Shown here piece by piece: positions 59,358 through 64,000 of a stretch of DNA of 64,000 nt (positions within the stretch are counted from its first letter, which is position 1; the number at the start of each line of letters is the position of its first letter). This DNA is from Nannocystales bacterium (GTDB lineage: Bacteria > Myxococcota_A > Polyangia > Nannocystales > Nannocystaceae). The DNA lies in NCBI GenBank assembly GCA_050633305.1, contig JBOEGF010000011.1, forward strand, positions 251,093 through 315,092. The letters are read 5' to 3'. The position numbers and the translations under genes are program-made. Under the pieces are notes generated by a model. The model was given only the letters and a program-made list of their open reading frames with translations, was not told where the DNA came from and ran no database searches.

Positions 59358-60214
59358 GCCGCCGATCCAAGCCACCGAAGCCACCGAAATCAGACGGGGG
59401 CCGCCGTAGTCGTGGTGCCGCGTCCTCCAAACCTCCGGCCGAGCGGGCCCAAGACATCGGTGAACTCACCGGTCAGGTCCGGCTGCAGAAGGTGCTCGCA
59501 CGTGCGGGCGTAAGCTCTCGTCGCGGGGGCGAAGCGCTGATCGCCGAGGGGCGTATCAAGGTGAACGGCCAGGTGGTGACGACGCCAGGGACCCGGGTCG
59601 ACCCGGTCCGCGACCGGATCAGCGTCGACGGAAAACTGGTCGAGCCGGAGCCCCCGATCTACTTGGTGCTCAACAAGCCCGACGAGAGCGTGTGTTCGAC
59701 CGAGAAGAAGGTCGATGAGCGGGGCAGGGCCACGGTCATCTCGTTCCTGCGTGGCGTGGACGCCCGCGTATTCCCCGTCGGCCGGCTCGACTACCACACG
59801 CGTGGCGCGCTGCTGATCACCAACGACGGCGAGTTCGCCTCCCGGCTTCTGCACCCCCGGCACAAGGTCCCGCGCACCTATCACGTCAAATTCCAGGGGC
59901 GCCTGGACAACGTCGCGATCGACAAGCTGCGGGCCGGTGTGACCTTGGAGGACGGGACCGTCACGCAGCCCGTGGACGAACTCCTGGTCATTCGGGACAC
60001 CGAAACGAATACGTGGGTTCAGATCACGCTCAGTCACGAGCTCAATCGGCAGATCCGGCGGATGGGAGAGGCTGTCGAGCATCCGGTGCTCAAGCTCATC
60101 CGGGTGGCGTTCGGCGACGTCACGGTGGACGATCTACCCGAGGGGCAGTTCCGGCAGCTGCGCGAGGCCGAGCTGGGCGATCTGCGGACCCGGACCGGCC
60201 TGGCCGGCGGTTGA
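59354..60214 (+). CDS. rluB: RsuA-family rRNA pseudouridine synthase (RluB-like)
   Basis: S4 domain RLQKVLARAGVSSRR, LNKP and catalytic VGRLD; follows scpAB. Confidence 0.88.
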   Translation: MSRRSKPPKPPKSDGGRRSRGAASSKPPAERAQDIGELTGQVRLQKVLARAGVSSRRGGEALIAEGRIKVNGQVVTTPGTRVDPVRDRISVDGKLVEPEPPIYLVLNKPDESVCSTEKKVDERGRATVISFLRGVDARVFPVGRLDYHTRGALLITNDGEFASRLLHPRHKVPRTYHVKFQGRLDNVAIDKLRAGVTLEDGTVTQPVDELLVIRDTETNTWVQITLSHELNRQIRRMGEAVEHPVLKLIRVAFGDVTVDDLPEGQFRQLREAELGDLRTRTGLAGG

Positions 60215-60239
60215 GAAACCGCGCGCCGGACGCTGAATG

Positions 60240-60278
60240 CGCCTCCGGGGTCGCCAGGCGGCTCTAGGAGGCGTTTTT
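60240..60278 (+). terminator. Putative intrinsic terminator after rluB
   Basis: CGCCTCC...GGAGGCG stem, extended by G-U pairs, followed by TTTTT. Confidence 0.65.
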
Positions 60279-60409
60279 GCGGATGAGAGCTGACGCCTCA
60301 GACGGCCCCGAGACAGGCCTTGCGCGCGCGGGTTGCTGTCGTGTAGGTTCTCGCGCTCTGGGCCGGCCGCCTTCGGTGCCTGCCCCCAACGCCTCAAGAG
60401 ACTTCAGTC

Positions 60410-60715
60410 ATGGCCAAGCTTTCCCAAGTTCTGCGCGACGAAAAGCGCGACAAGCTCATCGCCAAGTACGCCGAGAAGCGTGCCGAGCTCCGCAAGAAGA
60501 TCAAAGACCCTAACCTCGATCCGGACGAGAAGTGGGTTGCGATCGACGCGCTGAACCAACTGCCCAAGAACTCCTGCCCAACCCGCAAGACGCGGCGCTG
60601 CATGCTTACCGGCCGCAGCAAAGCCGTCTACCGGAAGTTCGGCCTGTCGCGCATCATGCTTCGCGACCTTGCCCTCGCCGGCGACCTGCCTGGCGTCACC
60701 AAGTCGAGCTGGTAG
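60410..60715 (+). CDS. rpsN: 30S ribosomal protein S14, long Zn-independent form
   Basis: 101 aa; MAKLS, LPKNS and [20 protein letters not shown]...LPGVTKSSW. Confidence 0.96.
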   Translation: MAKLSQVLRDEKRDKLIAKYAEKRAELRKKIKDPNLDPDEKWVAIDALNQLPKNSCPTRKTRRCMLTGRSKAVYRKFGLSRIMLRDLALAGDLPGVTKSSW

Positions 60716-60761
60716 TCCCAGCTTCGGCATTCTTTGACCGACTAGGAAAGGTAACGCTGCC

Positions 60762-61082
60762 ATGAAGATGGGCGTCCATCCCGACTACCACAAAGTGCTT
60801 TTCGTCGATTCGGCGAGCGGCAAAGAGTGGGTCGCATTTTCCACCCAGAACACCAGCGAGAAGCGAGAAGTCGACGGCGTCGAGATGCCCGTCGTCAAGC
60901 TGGACATCTCGAGCCACAGCCACCCGTTTTGGACCGGCCAGGCTCGCACGATGGATACCGAGGGTCGTATCGACCGCTTCAAGCGCCGCTGGGCCGGCCG
61001 CACGAAGAAGGGCAAAGAGACAGCAGCCGAACCGGCAGCTGACTCAGCAGCTGACTCAGCAGCTGACTCAAAAGACACGTAG
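60762..61082 (+). CDS. rpmE2: 50S ribosomal protein L31 type B (Zn-independent)
   Basis: GVHPDY.KVLFVD, LDISSHSHPFWTG and DTEGRIDRF; no cysteines. Confidence 0.93.
   Translation: MKMGVHPDYHKVLFVDSASGKEWVAFSTQNTSEKREVDGVEMPVVKLDISSHSHPFWTGQARTMDTEGRIDRFKRRWAGRTKKGKETAAEPAADSAADSAADSKDT
61035..61070 (+). repeat. Perfect 12-bp tandem repeat x3 (GCAGCTGACTCA) encoding AADS in the L31 tail
   Basis: gcagctgactca gcagctgactca gcagctgactca. Confidence 0.9.
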
Positions 61083-61091
61083 TCTACGCTC

Positions 61092-62564
61092 GTGTCCGAG
61101 GCACACGTGAATCCGAAGGGCAGCGACAACAGCGTCGCTGCAAGTGAGGCTCCGTTCATCGCGGGGCCTCACGCGATCGATGACACCCTGATCGCACGCG
61201 CGCTCGGTGTGGCACTCGCGCAGGGGGGCGACTTCGCCGACCTGTACTTCGAGTACCGCCGGGCCGCGTCCATTTCGATGGAGGACGGCCGAGTCCGGAG
61301 CGTCGGCGGAGGCATCGACCTTGGCGTCGGCGTCCGCGTCGTGAACGGAACCGCGGTGGGGTACGCCTACGCGGAGAGCCTCGATCCCGAGGAGCTGCTG
61401 GCAGCCGCTCGAACCGCGGCTCGCATCGCGACGGGCGGCAAGGCCGTTGCGCCGGTGGACGTCACACGCGTCCGCGCCCCAAGCCGTTACGCCGTCGCCG
61501 AAAACCTCGTCGATGTTCCCGGCGCAGACCGTGTCGCGCTGCTGCGCCGTGCTGATGCGGCCGCTCGCGCTGCAGACAGCCGGATCGCGCGTGTGGATGC
61601 GTCGTTGGTGTCGGTCCACAAGGAAGTCCTGGTCTGCAACAGCCGCGGCGCCGTGGTGCACGACGTGCAGCCAATGAGTCGCATGGGCGTGTCTGTCGTC
61701 GCGGGCGACGGTGACCGCACCGAGTCCGGAAGCAGCGGCGGCGGTGGCCGCTACGGCATCGAGTACTTCTCCATGGTGTCCCCTGAGGACCATGGTCAGG
61801 AGGCGGCCCGGGTCGCGTTGGTCAACCTCGACTCTCGCCCGGCACCGGCGGGGAGCATGCCCGTCGTGCTCGCGCCTGGGGACTCCGGCATCTTGCTGCA
61901 CGAAGCGGTGGGGCACGGTCTCGAGGCCGACTTCAACCGGAAGAAGACCTCCAACTACACTGGCCGCGTGGGCGAGTCTGTCGCCTCCGAGCTGGTCACG
62001 GTTGTCGACGACCCCGCGCTGGAGGGCAGCCGTGGAAGCATCAACGTGGACGACGAAGGCGAAATCCCCAAGGAGCATCGCCTCATCGAGGACGGCATTC
62101 TTCGGGGCTACATGCACGACCGGATCAGTGCGGATCACTTCGGTGAGCCCGCGTCCGGCAGTGGCCGTCGTGAGAGCTTTCGCGAGGTCCCGCTGCCGCG
62201 GATGACCAACACGCTGATGACGGCTGGCCAAGACGACCCCGATGAAATCATTCGCTCGGTGAAGAAGGGGGTCTACGCCAAGAAATTCAGTGGCGGCCAG
62301 GTCAACATCAGCAATGGAGACTTCGTCTTCAGCCTCACCGAGGGCTACCTGATCGAAGACGGCAAGATCACGGCGCCGCTCAAGGGCGTGAACCTGATCG
62401 GCAATGGCCCGGAGGCGTTGGCCACGGTCTCGAAGGTCGGTCACGACTTCGAGCTGTCCGACGGCATGTGGACGTGCGGCAAGGACGGGCAGAGCGTGCC
62501 GGTCGGCGTGGGCATGCCCACCGTGAAACTCGACGAACTCACCGTCGGCGGAACCGAAGCCTGA
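61092..62564 (+). CDS. tldD: Metalloprotease TldD
   Basis: DFADLYFE, LLHEAVGHGLEAD, PRMTNT and TCGKDGQSVPVGVGMPT. Confidence 0.95.
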   Translation: MSEAHVNPKGSDNSVAASEAPFIAGPHAIDDTLIARALGVALAQGGDFADLYFEYRRAASISMEDGRVRSVGGGIDLGVGVRVVNGTAVGYAYAESLDPEELLAAARTAARIATGGKAVAPVDVTRVRAPSRYAVAENLVDVPGADRVALLRRADAAARAADSRIARVDASLVSVHKEVLVCNSRGAVVHDVQPMSRMGVSVVAGDGDRTESGSSGGGGRYGIEYFSMVSPEDHGQEAARVALVNLDSRPAPAGSMPVVLAPGDSGILLHEAVGHGLEADFNRKKTSNYTGRVGESVASELVTVVDDPALEGSRGSINVDDEGEIPKEHRLIEDGILRGYMHDRISADHFGEPASGSGRRESFREVPLPRMTNTLMTAGQDDPDEIIRSVKKGVYAKKFSGGQVNISNGDFVFSLTEGYLIEDGKITAPLKGVNLIGNGPEALATVSKVGHDFELSDGMWTCGKDGQSVPVGVGMPTVKLDELTVGGTEA

Positions 62565-62574
62565 GGACCCGGAC

Positions 62575-63957
62575 ATGGCCAGCACCAGCAAGACCCCCGA
62601 GATCCTCGCCCGTCTGACCGGATCGGCGGAGCACGCCATCGCCACCCTCCGCAACCTCGGCGTCGACCATGCCGAGGTCAGCGTCGGCGTTGGAAACGAA
62701 CTCGAGGTCGGCATCCGTCAGGATGAGCCCGAGCTCGTGAAGGAGGCGCAGAGCAGTGGACTGTCGGTCCGCGTGATGCGGTCTGAGCGTGTGGCAACCA
62801 GCTCGACGACCGATCTCTCGAAAGAGGCGGTCGAGGCGTTCTTGAAGACCGTCGTCGAGATGGCCGAGATCAGCGAGCCGGACCCCATGGCCGCCCCGCC
62901 GCCGCCCGAGGAACTCGCCGACGGCTCCACGTTGCCGGACCTCGACCTGTTCGACCCGGAGACGGACGGCATCGATGCCGCGCGTGCCTTGGATCTCGCC
63001 CGCGCCGGAGAGCGTGCCGCGTTTGCGGCCGACGAGCGGATCACGACCTCGGAGGGCGCGAGCTTCTCCCGCAGCAGCGGTCACGGCGTACTCGCGACGA
63101 CCGGTGGCTTCGTGGGGACCCGCCACGGCACCTACCAATCGTTGGTGGTGCAGGCGGTTGCCGACGACGAAGGCGGAAAGAAGCGCAATGGCGTCTACTG
63201 GACTGGGGGGCGCTTCTTCGGCGAACTCGACGACCCCGCGTCGGTGGGTGCCGAGGCTGCTCAGCGCGCCGTACGAACGCTGGGCGCCTCCAAAATGCCC
63301 ACGGGGCAGTACCCGATCGTGTTCGACAAGGATGCGGCCCGGAGCATCGTCGGGCTCGTCGCGAGCTGTGTTGTGGGCGACGCGGTCTACCGCAAGCGCA
63401 GCTACCTGGCAGAGCGCCTCGGCGAAGCGGTCGCCGCGGCAGGGGTGACGATCGTCGATGACCCCTTGGTCGCACGTGGCCCCGGCTCGCGCCGGTTCGA
63501 CGGAGAAGGTCGACCGGTCCGGGCAATACCCGTCATCGACGACGGCGTGCTGACCACGTTCCTCCTCGACACCTACAGCGCCCGCAAGTTGGAGCAGACC
63601 CCCACCGGGTCCGCCTCGGGCGGAGGCGGAATCCCGCACAGCTCCGTCAGCAACTTCTACATGAAGGCCGGGGAACTCGAACCCGGCGCGTTGCTCGAGG
63701 GCATCGAGACCGGGCTGTACGTCAGCCGCATGATGGGGTTCGGATTCGACGCGGTCACGGGCACGTTCTCGCGCGGGGCCGAAGGGTTCTTGATCGAGAA
63801 CGGCGTCCTCACCCGACCGGTCGGGGAGATCACGATCTCCCGCAACCTCGACGACATCTTGCTCGGCATCGACGCCATCGCGAACGACCTCGATCATCGC
63901 ACGTCGACCGCGGCGCCAAGCTTCCGCGTCGACCAGATGACGGTCGCGGGGAGCTAG
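62575..63957 (+). CDS. pmbA: TldE/PmbA, non-catalytic partner of TldD
   Basis: DLDLFDP, SRRFDGEG, LLDTYSARKL and FSRGAEGF; no HExxH motif; follows tldD. Confidence 0.92.
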   Translation: MASTSKTPEILARLTGSAEHAIATLRNLGVDHAEVSVGVGNELEVGIRQDEPELVKEAQSSGLSVRVMRSERVATSSTTDLSKEAVEAFLKTVVEMAEISEPDPMAAPPPPEELADGSTLPDLDLFDPETDGIDAARALDLARAGERAAFAADERITTSEGASFSRSSGHGVLATTGGFVGTRHGTYQSLVVQAVADDEGGKKRNGVYWTGGRFFGELDDPASVGAEAAQRAVRTLGASKMPTGQYPIVFDKDAARSIVGLVASCVVGDAVYRKRSYLAERLGEAVAAAGVTIVDDPLVARGPGSRRFDGEGRPVRAIPVIDDGVLTTFLLDTYSARKLEQTPTGSASGGGGIPHSSVSNFYMKAGELEPGALLEGIETGLYVSRMMGFGFDAVTGTFSRGAEGFLIENGVLTRPVGEITISRNLDDILLGIDAIANDLDHRTSTAAPSFRVDQMTVAGS

Positions 63958-64000
63958 GCTTTGTTCTTGGTTTAGCTCAGAAGGGGACCTCGCGGTCCCC

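Noticed and set aside
60279..60409. Zur box upstream of the Zn-independent ribosomal protein genes
   Set aside because: No AT-rich inverted repeat is visible in this GC-rich spacer.

Overview
High-GC (roughly 70% by eye) myxobacterial chromosome segment, probably Nannocystaceae-like; the taxon is inferred from gene families and synteny. It is dense and mostly conserved core genome. Left to right it holds: a large TPR protein (truncated at the window edge); a CpXC/HEAT protein with a metallophosphoesterase; a peptidoglycan transglycosylase with a degenerate D-Ala-D-Ala-ligase-like protein; a HARE-HTH protein, lipB and a kinase-TPR-GAF-sigma54 activator; two GltA/GltB-like beta-barrels; ftsY and smc; a queuosine-precursor transporter; a minus-strand envelope cluster (DUF4266, DUF3570, PPIase lipoprotein, roadblock, flippase-like, FG-GAP and Cys-rich lipoproteins); cmk-rpsA-ribH-nusB; a receptor-less Che8-like chemosensory operon; xerD, a site-2 protease and scpA-scpB-rluB; Zn-independent S14 and L31; and tldD-tldE. 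I saw no rRNA, tRNA, CRISPR array, transposase or phage gene. The most unusual observations are: (1) an SMC-ScpAB condensin in which ScpA and ScpB carry very large acidic disordered extensions and SMC has hinge insertions; (2) 12 GATC sites in about 150 bp of the ftsY/smc divergent promoter; (3) a tandem HARE-HTH protein with an apparently inactive Mrr-like domain; (4) a Ddl-like protein with a rewired active site coupled to a transglycosylase; (5) an apparent enhancer pair plus sigma54 promoter just downstream of the kinase-activator gene. All family calls come from motif recognition by eye, not from database searches.
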